From a virus, in the IMG/VR virus record IMGVR_UViG_3300046507_000271, positions 1-54,222 of that record: 54,222 nucleotides of DNA. The stretch is one strand, 5' to 3'. The notes beneath the pieces were generated by a model that searched no databases, was not told the DNA's origin, and saw nothing but the letters and a program-made list of their open reading frames with translations. The translations under genes were made by a program, and so were the position numbers. Shown here piece by piece: positions 32,465 through 39,408 of this stretch; the first letter of the stretch is position 1; the number at the start of each line of letters is the position of its first letter.

Positions 32465-32761
32465 TCAGTGGAGCGGGGCGGTCAGCAGATCGGGAGCGGC
32501 TTGGATTACCTTGACAGTCTGGCCCGTATGCGGGCATTTGCGCGTTGATGGCTCGATGACATGGCCCTCGGCGCGCAGCTCGGCTACCCGCGCGCAGACG
32601 CTAGAGAGCCGGATGCCGGTGAGGTTCGAAATGTCGAGCCGCGATAAGGCAGTCGCCGGTATCGTGCGCAGCAGTGCGAGGATCTTCGATTGCTGGTTGG
32701 CGACCGTTCCATCGTCGCGCACGGACAGATATGCTTGTAAGCTGGTTTCGCTGGTTATCAT
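32465..32761 (-). CDS. Winged-helix DNA-binding protein
   Basis: QQSKILALLRTIPATALSRLDISNLTGIRLSSVCARVAELRAEGHVI. Confidence 0.5.
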   Translation of the reverse strand: MITSETSLQAYLSVRDDGTVANQQSKILALLRTIPATALSRLDISNLTGIRLSSVCARVAELRAEGHVIEPSTRKCPHTGQTVKVIQAAPDLLTAPLH

Positions 32762-33057
32762 GCTGGCTCCTTGATGTCGTCGGTTACTTCGTCGTTGACG
32801 GGAACACCGCTGATTGGGCGAAGCAATCTATCCATCACCACGCGTCGCTTTACGACTCGCAGAATCCCATCGTTGCTACGCGCCGGAATCGATGACCCTG
32901 ACTCGACCACCCAGCTTGGCTCTGTGACTTGGTAATGGATTCCGTCAACAATTTCCGCATGAATTGCGGGACGCAAAACGGTAACGACGATCCCGATCAT
33001 TTCAGGCGTGACTTCAGCGCGTACAACATAAGCCAGATCACCAGGTCTGCAGTTCAT
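32758..33057 (-). CDS. Hypothetical protein
   Basis: 99-aa ORF, ATGA-coupled. Confidence 0.4.
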   Translation of the reverse strand: MNCRPGDLAYVVRAEVTPEMIGIVVTVLRPAIHAEIVDGIHYQVTEPSWVVESGSSIPARSNDGILRVVKRRVVMDRLLRPISGVPVNDEVTDDIKEPA

Positions 33058-33428
33058 TGCCTCACCCCCATGCGAACAATCGCATTGACAGCGTTGAGCA
33101 GCGTCGGATCGGCTTTCGGGAACCGTCGGTTATCGCGGCGGAACTTTGCGTCGATCTCGGCTTCTGTTTGCTTCGGCCGCGGCGGCAGCGACGGCCGCAG
33201 CGCAACGTTCTCTCCCTTGCCGATCACGTACCGGACGGCTCGGCGATAGCCGTTGTGGTCGATTGCGCGGAACTCCTGGTCGCGGCCCGGCACGCGCGCA
33301 CGGCGTAGGTATTCGTTGACCATCGATAAGTCGCGCCCGATGCCCTCGGATATTTCCTGAGCAGTGCGCGGCTTGCCGTCAGCCATCAGATTGCGAATTA
33401 AGTCGGCAGTGAATACGCGTTTGGTCAT
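33054..33428 (-). CDS. Hypothetical protein with an HTH-like N-terminus
   Basis: ATGA-coupled ATG 33428. GKPRTAQEISEGIGRDLSMVNEYLRRA. Confidence 0.4.
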   Translation of the reverse strand: MTKRVFTADLIRNLMADGKPRTAQEISEGIGRDLSMVNEYLRRARVPGRDQEFRAIDHNGYRRAVRYVIGKGENVALRPSLPPRPKQTEAEIDAKFRRDNRRFPKADPTLLNAVNAIVRMGVRQ

Positions 33429-33760
33429 GCGGTCTCCAGAAGGCGCTCGGCCTTTTCGCGATAGATCGAAACAGCGATAGAACTGAACGCCCAGAATGCG
33501 GCGAAGTCGAACTGGCCGTACCAGGCGAACAGGATGACGACCGTGACGTCGCCAACGCCCGTCACCCATCTGGTGATTCGCGGAAGCGGTTCCATATGCG
33601 TTCCCGGCTCGGCAAACAGCGTCACTACGCCGCATGCAAGCGATGCATACACCCAGAAGCGGATGACGTTGCGCGCTCCCTCTATGCCGAAGCCGTACCA
33701 CGCGATAGCGAGGCAAGCGAATAACACGACATAGGCGATGTGTTTGATCGAGCGCTTCAT
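33425..33760 (-). CDS. Small integral membrane protein (3-4 TMDs)
   Basis: ATGA-coupled ATG 33760. Hydrophobic runs IAYVVLFACLAIAWYGF, FWVYASLACGVVTLF and VTVVILFAWYG. Confidence 0.5.
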   Translation of the reverse strand: MKRSIKHIAYVVLFACLAIAWYGFGIEGARNVIRFWVYASLACGVVTLFAEPGTHMEPLPRITRWVTGVGDVTVVILFAWYGQFDFAAFWAFSSIAVSIYREKAERLLETA

Positions 33761-34482
33761 GCTTGATCTCCGCTTGCGGACTGAGCGGCGGTCAGGGCGC
33801 ACTGCACTGCTGCCACGAATTCAACTTTGGTGGGCGGAACGCCGACGCACTTCAAGGACAGATACGATTCATCGCTCGTCTCGATGTTTTGCCGCATCAG
33901 CACGTCGAACAGATCGATCAGGCGCGCATCATCGGTGTTCGCTGTCTGTGCTGGCGGGACGGTGTAGACGATGCGTTTGAATGCGCCGTCCGTTGCGTCA
34001 TATAGGCTTTGCGGTACGTCGCTCCAGCCTCCTTCAATCGGATCAAGCACCTGATAGATCGCCCCGCGCTCGTCCTGCTCGACCGATGGCGCGGCATCTT
34101 CCAGTTGCTTGTCAATGCAGGTTAGGCACACGTAACCGCCCATCCAGTCGATACGCAGGGGAGTGTGCTTATGTTCTCCGCAGCGCGCGCAGTTTGTCGC
34201 CTGAGTGCTCGCGTAGGAATACTGCTCGACGGCTGGCGCAGGCTTACTTGCTTGCTTGCTGGCGTCAGCCAGATCGGGCTTCACATCGCAATCCGCGATG
34301 CATCCCTTTATTTGAGCAATAGCAAGCCGGATTTGCTCCGCTGCTTGCGCCGGATCGGACCCGTTATCGAGCCATCGAGCCGCGCATTCCAATGCGAATA
34401 CCGCGCGCTCGAAGGCGGATTTTTCAGTCGTACTGTATGTTTGTACAGTACTTTGTCCTAAAGATGCCTCGTTAGTGTTCAT
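33757..34482 (-). CDS. Zinc-ribbon early protein, paralog of 19054..20238
   Basis: 241 aa. CARCGEHKH...CLTC. Shares a 33-bp identical DNA block (34060-34092 = 19789-19821) and a near-identical 3' end with its paralog. Confidence 0.5.
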   Translation of the reverse strand: MNTNEASLGQSTVQTYSTTEKSAFERAVFALECAARWLDNGSDPAQAAEQIRLAIAQIKGCIADCDVKPDLADASKQASKPAPAVEQYSYASTQATNCARCGEHKHTPLRIDWMGGYVCLTCIDKQLEDAAPSVEQDERGAIYQVLDPIEGGWSDVPQSLYDATDGAFKRIVYTVPPAQTANTDDARLIDLFDVLMRQNIETSDESYLSLKCVGVPPTKVEFVAAVQCALTAAQSASGDQA

Positions 34483-34564
34483 TCTCAGTTCCTTTTTTTA
34501 TTTCTTCACATGAAAGATTTCTAGGCGATTTCCGCCCGGAAAACCGATACCGTTGCTATAGACG

Positions 34565-34601
34565 GATACTACCACGGTATCGGTGCAGTTCGCAAAAAAA
34601 G
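34565..34601 (-). promoter_or_regulatory. Operator element, flank type 1
   Basis: Perfect palindrome at 34565-34581, followed by ggtgcagttcgc and an A-run. An extra half-site lies at 34546-34550. Confidence 0.55.
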
Positions 34602-34611
34602 ATGCAGGCGG

Positions 34612-35259
34612 TCATGCCTGAGCTAGCTGCGGAATCGACGCGAGCATCGCGTCCAGCGATCCAGCCCGCGTGAAGGTCAGTTGTGGATTGTCCGAGCCGC
34701 CGAGCATGACGCGCTTGGCCTGTTCAGCGTGTCCGATCAGCACTGGCGGATGGCTCTTGTGGCCGGCGCGATTGTTCTGCGACTCAGAAATTCCGGTCAG
34801 CACGCGCTGGTATTCCGGCGTCTCGTTACGCATCTTGTATCCGCGATAGCGGTTCTCGAACTCTTTCGCGACGAAGGGCCATTCCTTCTCGTCTTTACCG
34901 CCAACCTGCACCCATCCGCCCATGTCCATGATGACGCGGTGAATGATCGGATCGTCAAAGACAACGCTGTTATATGTTCCGCAGGATCTCACTGCGCGGT
35001 CTACTTTTGCCCATGCCACAAGGGCCGAATCCTGTGTCGAGCCTTGCAGCATCTTCACCACGTCGGCGGGCTTCGGTGCAAACTGGCCGCTATCCGGGTT
35101 CACGCAATGCCGGTTGAGCGCGTCAGCCACGGCGCGGTAGTCGTATGGCTTCATGGCCTCCCACCAGACATTCCCGCCGAACTCGGATAGGTCTTTACCA
35201 TAGAACGCCTGGACGTCTGCAATAAGTGCGATAAAAGCGGCGTGTTCGTTCGTGTTCAT
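34612..35259 (-). CDS. Replication-module protein (helicase-loader position)
   Basis: ATGA-coupled ATG 35259. 215 aa. Directly downstream of the initiator gene. No recognisable ATPase motif. Confidence 0.45.
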   Translation of the reverse strand: MNTNEHAAFIALIADVQAFYGKDLSEFGGNVWWEAMKPYDYRAVADALNRHCVNPDSGQFAPKPADVVKMLQGSTQDSALVAWAKVDRAVRSCGTYNSVVFDDPIIHRVIMDMGGWVQVGGKDEKEWPFVAKEFENRYRGYKMRNETPEYQRVLTGISESQNNRAGHKSHPPVLIGHAEQAKRVMLGGSDNPQLTFTRAGSLDAMLASIPQLAQA

Positions 35260-36116
35260 TGATGCGCCTCTCCATGCTGTGCCTGAAATTTCGCGGAGAG
35301 CCGCGCCGCAACTTCGCGGTTGCGGGCCTCCAGCGCCTCTTGCTTGTTGAGAGGCTGCGCACCTGACCGGACCGCTGCGCCGGTCGTTGCGCCGCCCCGC
35401 TGCACCCAATCCGCCCTGAATCCCGCCCAATTTGCCTGTACCGCGTAATGCACCGCATCGGCCGGCGACATGTCGACCTTTTGTGCCTCAGCCTTTACGC
35501 CATCCCACGCGGTTTGCGTGAGAGGCAGGCGCTTTGCTTTGCGAAGCGTGAGCCAGTCGGCGGCGACCTGCTTGTCTACGCCGTCGTTCGATAACTCATC
35601 GACCCCGAGTGATGACGGTGCAGCGCTGCGCGAGCGCGGCGCCTTTCTTTGTGTAGTCTCTGTAGTAGTCTCTGTTCTATATAGGAATGCGGTGGAATTT
35701 TCCGCATGGTCCGGTGGATTCTTCCGCATGGTGCGGTGGAATTTTCCGCATTGAGGTGCGGTGGAATTTTCCGCATTGCCTTCCGGCGCATTGCTTATAT
35801 CGTCCAGGCGGTCGTAGTTAATCGCGTAGTAGTTCGTCCGGTTCGCTGTGTCTGTTGCGAGCGTTTCGACGTCCAGTAGTCCCTCGGCGCGCAGCTTCGC
35901 GACGATCTTGCGGATAGACTCTGGTTTCCAGAACGGAAACTGCTCAGCCCATTCCTTATACGTGTTGTAGACCCACTTGCGGCCATTGCGCACGGTCTTG
36001 CTGTGAGCGGCCCAATAGTGGATCTGCTGCAAGACAATTGCCTCCTGCAGCCCGATTTTGCAGGCGAGGGTAGGGGAAACGACGAGCGGGGGCTCGTCGA
36101 ATAGCAGGGCTCTCAT
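35256..36116 (-). CDS. Replication initiator / replisome organizer (lambda O-like) with a DnaT-like C-terminal domain
   Basis: N-terminal wHTH LQEAIVLQQIHYWAAH...ESIRKIVAKLRAEGLL. C-terminal WLTLRKAKRLPLTQTAWDGVKAEAQK...ANWAGFRADW. Iterons lie inside the linker. Confidence 0.65.
   Translation of the reverse strand: MRALLFDEPPLVVSPTLACKIGLQEAIVLQQIHYWAAHSKTVRNGRKWVYNTYKEWAEQFPFWKPESIRKIVAKLRAEGLLDVETLATDTANRTNYYAINYDRLDDISNAPEGNAENSTAPQCGKFHRTMRKNPPDHAENSTAFLYRTETTTETTQRKAPRSRSAAPSSLGVDELSNDGVDKQVAADWLTLRKAKRLPLTQTAWDGVKAEAQKVDMSPADAVHYAVQANWAGFRADWVQRGGATTGAAVRSGAQPLNKQEALEARNREVAARLSAKFQAQHGEAHQ
35689..35776. repeat. Origin iterons: four copies of (G/C)CGGTGGA(A/T)T(T/C)TTCCGCAT
   Basis: Copies at 35689-35707, 35711-35729, 35733-35751 and 35758-35776, with spacing 22, 22 and 25 bp. 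Preceded by a TAGTCTCTGT direct repeat and an AT-rich ttctatatagg. Confidence 0.7.
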
Positions 36117-36147
36117 GCGTTGTCGTCCACCAGATAGCGGGCTTTTC

Positions 36148-36468
36148 TCATTGGTCGTCCTGTTCGGTTCGTTCGGCTGCGACGGCCGGCAGATCGGGGA
36201 TTGCTTCGATGACGGCCGGGCCGCGCGCTTTGCCGACGAGCTTCGGCATTTCGTGACGCAGGCCGATCATGTCGATGACGGTCAGGTGCGGCTTGTTCGG
36301 TCCAACTAACTGCGCGCTGACTCGTGCGAATTCGAGCGCGCGTTTCTTGCCGACCACCTTGTGACCGTTGCGGATGTTGCTCCAGTAGATCGGGCCAATG
36401 CCGATGTGGTCGAGCAACTGGTTCACTACCTTCGCCCCGTATGCATCGTGAAATTCTTGTGCGTTCAA
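36148..36468 (-). CDS. Cro/CII-type HTH regulator of the leftward early operon
   Basis: TTG 36468 lies 7 nt after AAGGAG. IGPIYWSNIRNGHKVVGKKRALEFARV is HTH-like. Divergent from the CI-like gene. Confidence 0.5.
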   Translation of the reverse strand: MNAQEFHDAYGAKVVNQLLDHIGIGPIYWSNIRNGHKVVGKKRALEFARVSAQLVGPNKPHLTVIDMIGLRHEMPKLVGKARGPAVIEAIPDLPAVAAERTEQDDQ

Positions 36469-36525
36469 TTCATGGCTCCTTTGCCGGGTTATAATTGCAA
36501 TACAGTATAGCATCGGATACCGTGA

Positions 36526-36542
36526 CGGTTAGCGTTTAGGAT
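36526..36542. promoter_or_regulatory. Degenerate operator copy in the immunity intergenic region
   Basis: ggataccgtgacggttagc. The left half plus spacer match the 10705 copy and the right half is degenerate. A TATACT -10-like hexamer lies 8 nt downstream on the minus strand. Confidence 0.45.
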
Positions 36543-36566
36543 GAAATTTTGTCGGGAGATAACCCT

Positions 36567-36686
36567 ATGAACTTATTGAAAAATGATGCCTTTACGGTTG
36601 CATTGGCAGCCGGAAACCTTCAAGATTTCACGAATGGATGCCGCGATTTAATCGGGACAGGCATCCGACCAAGTGGCGTGCCTTGA
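36567..36686 (+). CDS. Possible 39-aa leader ORF upstream of the CI-like gene
   Basis: ATG 36567 lies 8 nt after GGAG. MNLLKNDAFTVALAAGNLQDFTNGCRDLIGTGIRPSGVP. Confidence 0.3.
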   Translation: MNLLKNDAFTVALAAGNLQDFTNGCRDLIGTGIRPSGVP

Positions 36687-36718
36687 CGCGCCCTATACGA
36701 CTAAGGATTGGGAATCAC

Positions 36719-37156
36719 ATGGCTATCGAAACGATCGATGCATTGCGCGCACGAAACTTCCACCTGCTTTTCGAGCAGTTCAAGGAAGGGGTGAGAAGGG
36801 ATGACCCGACCGCGCCCGATCGGGGAATGCTGAGGCGCTTCGCTGCGCACCTGGAAATGAACCCCGTCTACCTGTCGAACCTGAACACAGGCTCGAAGAC
36901 GATCGGACTGCGGACGGCGCGCGAGATTGAGTCCCGGCTGAAGCTGCCGGAAGGCTGGATGGACACGGACCACAGCAACAACGAAGCCGAGATGAGCGAT
37001 GACGACCTGGCGTTCCGGGATTCGGTCATGGCGATGTACCGGCAGGCGCCCGAGGCGTCGCGCGCGGCCGTTCTCCGGGTGCTTCAGGCTCTTGTCCTGG
37101 GTAAACCCATAGAGGACGTACTTTCTACCGACAAATCCCGCAAGAAAGCGAATTAG
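36719..37156 (+). CDS. CI-type repressor (HTH only, no S24 peptidase domain)
   Basis: ATG 36719 with an AAGGA RBS. FAAHLEMNPVYLSNLNTGSKTIGLRTAREIESRLKLPEGWMD is a phage-CI-type HTH. The whole protein is 145 aa. Confidence 0.6.
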   Translation: MAIETIDALRARNFHLLFEQFKEGVRRDDPTAPDRGMLRRFAAHLEMNPVYLSNLNTGSKTIGLRTAREIESRLKLPEGWMDTDHSNNEAEMSDDDLAFRDSVMAMYRQAPEASRAAVLRVLQALVLGKPIEDVLSTDKSRKKAN

Positions 37157-37311
37157 ACTCGCGCAAACATTTGCGGATTGTTGCAACCGCTGAAAATGTA
37201 AAATTTTGTATCGAAACTTGTTGCGTGCGCGGGACTGGTGCGGATACTCTTACGTCACCGCTTATCCGTTGCGGGAAAAGATACCGGTTTCGCAATCCTG
37301 AGAGGCACGAC

Positions 37312-37518
37312 ATGACGAGTTTTGGCACTGCTGGCAGTACAGAAAAAAACAATACTGCCGCTGGTGTACTGGCGGAAGGCTTACGCAGCGACGAGGGCGA
37401 ATACCAGATCGCCGCCGCTGCCGCAGCCATCCCAGCGCATATGCGCCGGGAGGTTCTGGCTCACTTGCACGAGCTTATTTGCGCCGATGCAACGCACACC
37501 GTGGCGGTATGCAAATAG
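37312..37518 (+). CDS. Hypothetical 68-aa protein downstream of the CI-like gene
   Basis: Internal ATG 37312. Upstream TTGCGT-16 bp-GATACT promoter-like pair at ~37231-37258. Confidence 0.3.
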   Translation: MTSFGTAGSTEKNNTAAGVLAEGLRSDEGEYQIAAAAAAIPAHMRREVLAHLHELICADATHTVAVCK

Positions 37519-37629
37519 TGCTTGCGATACTGTGAAGGTTTTGATACGATTTATCTAGCATGTCGTTTTTGCGTCTAGCGAGGCGGTGTGTTCATGTTGG
37601 TTCCGTTCGTAGATCCCCAGATCTACTTT

Positions 37630-37659
37630 CCGCTCTCCTGATGGATTGAGCGGCTTTTT
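37630..37659 (+). terminator. Rho-independent terminator
   Basis: Stem ccgctc/gagcgg followed by cttttt. Confidence 0.6.
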
Positions 37660-37668
37660 ACACTGTAG

Positions 37669-37707
37669 GCCCCTGTCTGATGCGAGTCGGCAGGGGCTTT
37701 GTGCTTT
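37669..37707 (+). terminator. Second hairpin with T-rich tail
   Basis: Stem gcccctg/caggggc followed by tttgtgcttt. Confidence 0.5.
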
Positions 37708-37718
37708 ATGGCTTCAAT

Positions 37719-37797
37719 TCCGCGAAACCCGAGCAAGGTGCATGGGCCTGACTGTTAATCAGTGGCTAGCTGAGTTCGATCCTCAGGCGCGGAGCCA
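37719..37797 (+). tRNA. tRNA-like gene with anticodon loop CU-GUU-AA (Asn) and several non-canonical positions
   Basis: Hand fold: acceptor TCCGCG(A)/(G)CGCGGA. D arm CCCG/TGGG with an 11-nt loop containing A14, G18G19 and A21. Anticodon stem CTGA/TCAG with loop CTGTTAA. T arm CTGAG-TTCGATC-CTCAG. Discriminator G followed by CCA. Anomalies: A at position 8, an A.G 7-66 pair, no position 26 and a 6-nt variable loop. Confidence 0.5.
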
Positions 37798-37799
37798 AC

Positions 37800-37824
37800 A
37801 CAAAAAGCCAGCGCAAGGCTGGCT
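37800..37824 (-). terminator. Rho-independent terminator of the short leftward unit
   Basis: Minus strand reads agccagc cttgc gctggct followed by ttttt. Confidence 0.55.
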
Positions 37825-38013
37825 CTCTGCGATCTATAACCGCAGCACAGGATTCCTCTGCAAGCGCGCCGTCATGGCGACCGCCTACGCGCAGATGCGT
37901 TCTCTTTCTCGCCGATCGGTTGGTGGACTACCGACCGGCTGACGTAATAAGCGGCGATGCAGGTTGGTCGAGTTCATGGCTTCCGTTCCTTATGGTTGTG
38001 ACTTCGCGGTGAT

Positions 38014-38142
38014 TCAGTCGCTGTCGGCGTCGCTATCGTCTGCGTCGTCGTCCAGCTCAGGCTCGCCATAGCTCTCGTCGCAATAGCGAGCGGCAACACG
38101 CGCAAGGTCGGATTCGCCTGCGGTGTCGAAAGCTGTTTTCAT
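38014..38142 (-). CDS. Very acidic 42-aa protein
   Basis: ATG 38142 is preceded by AGGAG. MKTAFDTAGESDLARVAARYCDESYGEPELDDDADDSDADSD. Absent from the ORF track because it is shorter than 60 aa. Confidence 0.4.
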   Translation of the reverse strand: MKTAFDTAGESDLARVAARYCDESYGEPELDDDADDSDADSD

Positions 38143-38276
38143 GGCGCACTCCTAATGATCCTGAGATACGTTGAAGAAGGCCCTAGGTGTTTCTGGTGCG
38201 CGCGCCCGATGAACGGGCGTCGTTGCTGCGATCCTGACGACAAACTCGATTGCCGTAGATCGGCACATGACCGAAT

Positions 38277-38293
38277 GATGCCATAACGGTATC
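38277..38293. promoter_or_regulatory. Operator copy with one mismatch (GATGC-N7-GTATC)
   Basis: gatgccataacggtatc followed by tttgagtgcgagaagttttt, a type-2-like flank. Upstream of the leftward acidic-protein unit. Confidence 0.45.
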
Positions 38294-38374
38294 TTTGAGT
38301 GCGAGAAGTTTTTGTTACAGGTTGTATTCGTGGATACTGTTGCGCGTTTTGTGTTCGCTGGCGCACATTGCACG

Positions 38375-38391
38375 GATACCGTGAAAGCATC
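38375..38391. promoter_or_regulatory. Operator copy with one mismatch (GATAC-N7-GCATC)
   Basis: gataccgtgaaagcatc preceded by TTGCAC. Upstream of the rightward unit starting at 38415. Confidence 0.45.
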
Positions 38392-38414
38392 TCGAATGGC
38401 TAGACGGAGGCCGC

Positions 38415-38558
38415 ATGAAGTTTGCCGCTTACATGATTTGCTGGCCGCTGCTCGGTGCGATGTGGGTTGCTGCTACCGTTGGCGACGCGGCGGGCGACGT
38501 CGTGTACTACCTGGATGACCTGACCGACAGGCTGCTTGAGTACTCGGAGGCGGAATGA
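38415..38558 (+). CDS. Small membrane protein (47 aa)
   Basis: ATG lies 4 nt after GGAGG. MKFAAYMICWPLLGAMWVAATVG has one TMD. ATGA overlap with the next ORF. Confidence 0.45.
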   Translation: MKFAAYMICWPLLGAMWVAATVGDAAGDVVYYLDDLTDRLLEYSEAE

Positions 38559-38755
38559 AGTTAGCTGAAGCTATCGCCATTGCTCGCCGCGTAATGATTG
38601 AGCACGGCGGCATCGAACTGCAGACCATCGATATGCGCCCGCATGCGCAGCCAGTGAATCCCGACAACGCGCAGCAGGCGGAAGCCGCGGCGGCATACAA
38701 CGCAATGTATGCGTTCACGTCGATGCTGAACACGATTTCGCCGGAGTCGGCATGA
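38555..38755 (+). CDS. Hypothetical protein
   Basis: 66-aa ORF, coupled on both sides. Confidence 0.4.
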   Translation: MKLAEAIAIARRVMIEHGGIELQTIDMRPHAQPVNPDNAQQAEAAAAYNAMYAFTSMLNTISPESA

Positions 38756-38970
38756 GTTCCGGCGCCCGCGATCCGCACGACGACATCGACAAGCTATGCG
38801 ACACGATCGCAGTGCTGATGCTGGCGCTATGCGAGAACGAATTGCTGGATCTGCCGGGAGATGCGGCCGACGCTGCGAACAAGCGTCTGCTCGCGCTGCA
38901 AGGCGAGAACCAGACGGACGTAATCAAGGCTGGCGTCGAGGTACTGATGCGCAGCCGGGTAGTGCATTGA
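38752..38970 (+). CDS. Hypothetical protein
   Basis: 72-aa ORF, ATGA-coupled. Confidence 0.4.
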   Translation: MSSGARDPHDDIDKLCDTIAVLMLALCENELLDLPGDAADAANKRLLALQGENQTDVIKAGVEVLMRSRVVH

Positions 38971-38976
38971 GACCAT

Positions 38977-39408
38977 ATGAAAACTGATGTCCATTTCTCG
39001 TCCGCAACGGACGATTGGCCTACGCCGCAAGATTTCTTCGACAAGGTGAATGAGGAGTTCGGTTTTACTCTTGACCCTTGCTCAAGTGCGGAAAATACCA
39101 AGTGCCAGCAGTTCTTTACCAAAGACGATGATGGTCTCGTCCAAGAGTGGACGGGGCGCGTCTGGATGAATCCACCTTATGGTCGCGTTATCGGCGCATG
39201 GATGAAAAAGGCATACGAGAGCGCAAAGAGCACTGCTGAAGCTGTCGTGTGCTTGGTCCCTGCTCGAACGGACACCGCGTGGTGGCATGAATACGCGATG
39301 AAAGGCGAGGTGCGATTTATACGCGGTCGCCTGAAGTTTGGCGGGCATGCGAATTCAGCGCCATTCCCGAGTGCGCTAGTTGTGTTTCGCCCCGACATGA
39401 CGAACTAA
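38977..39408 (+). CDS. Phage Dam-type DNA N6-adenine methyltransferase
   Basis: DDWPTPQDFFDKVNEEFGFTLDPCSS...VWMNPPYG...CLVPARTDTAWWHEY matches the phage Dam family. Low GC by eye. Confidence 0.85.
   Translation: MKTDVHFSSATDDWPTPQDFFDKVNEEFGFTLDPCSSAENTKCQQFFTKDDDGLVQEWTGRVWMNPPYGRVIGAWMKKAYESAKSTAEAVVCLVPARTDTAWWHEYAMKGEVRFIRGRLKFGGHANSAPFPSALVVFRPDMTN

Noticed and set aside
35689-35776. Possible CRISPR-like repeat array
   Set aside because: Only four repeats of 19 bp, separated by gaps of just 3-6 bp rather than real spacers, and located inside a replication-initiator gene. This is the classic ori-iteron arrangement.
37646-37942. 98-aa + strand ORF
   Set aside because: It runs through a terminator hairpin, the tRNA-like gene and the converging terminator. 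It has no RBS and an implausible composition.
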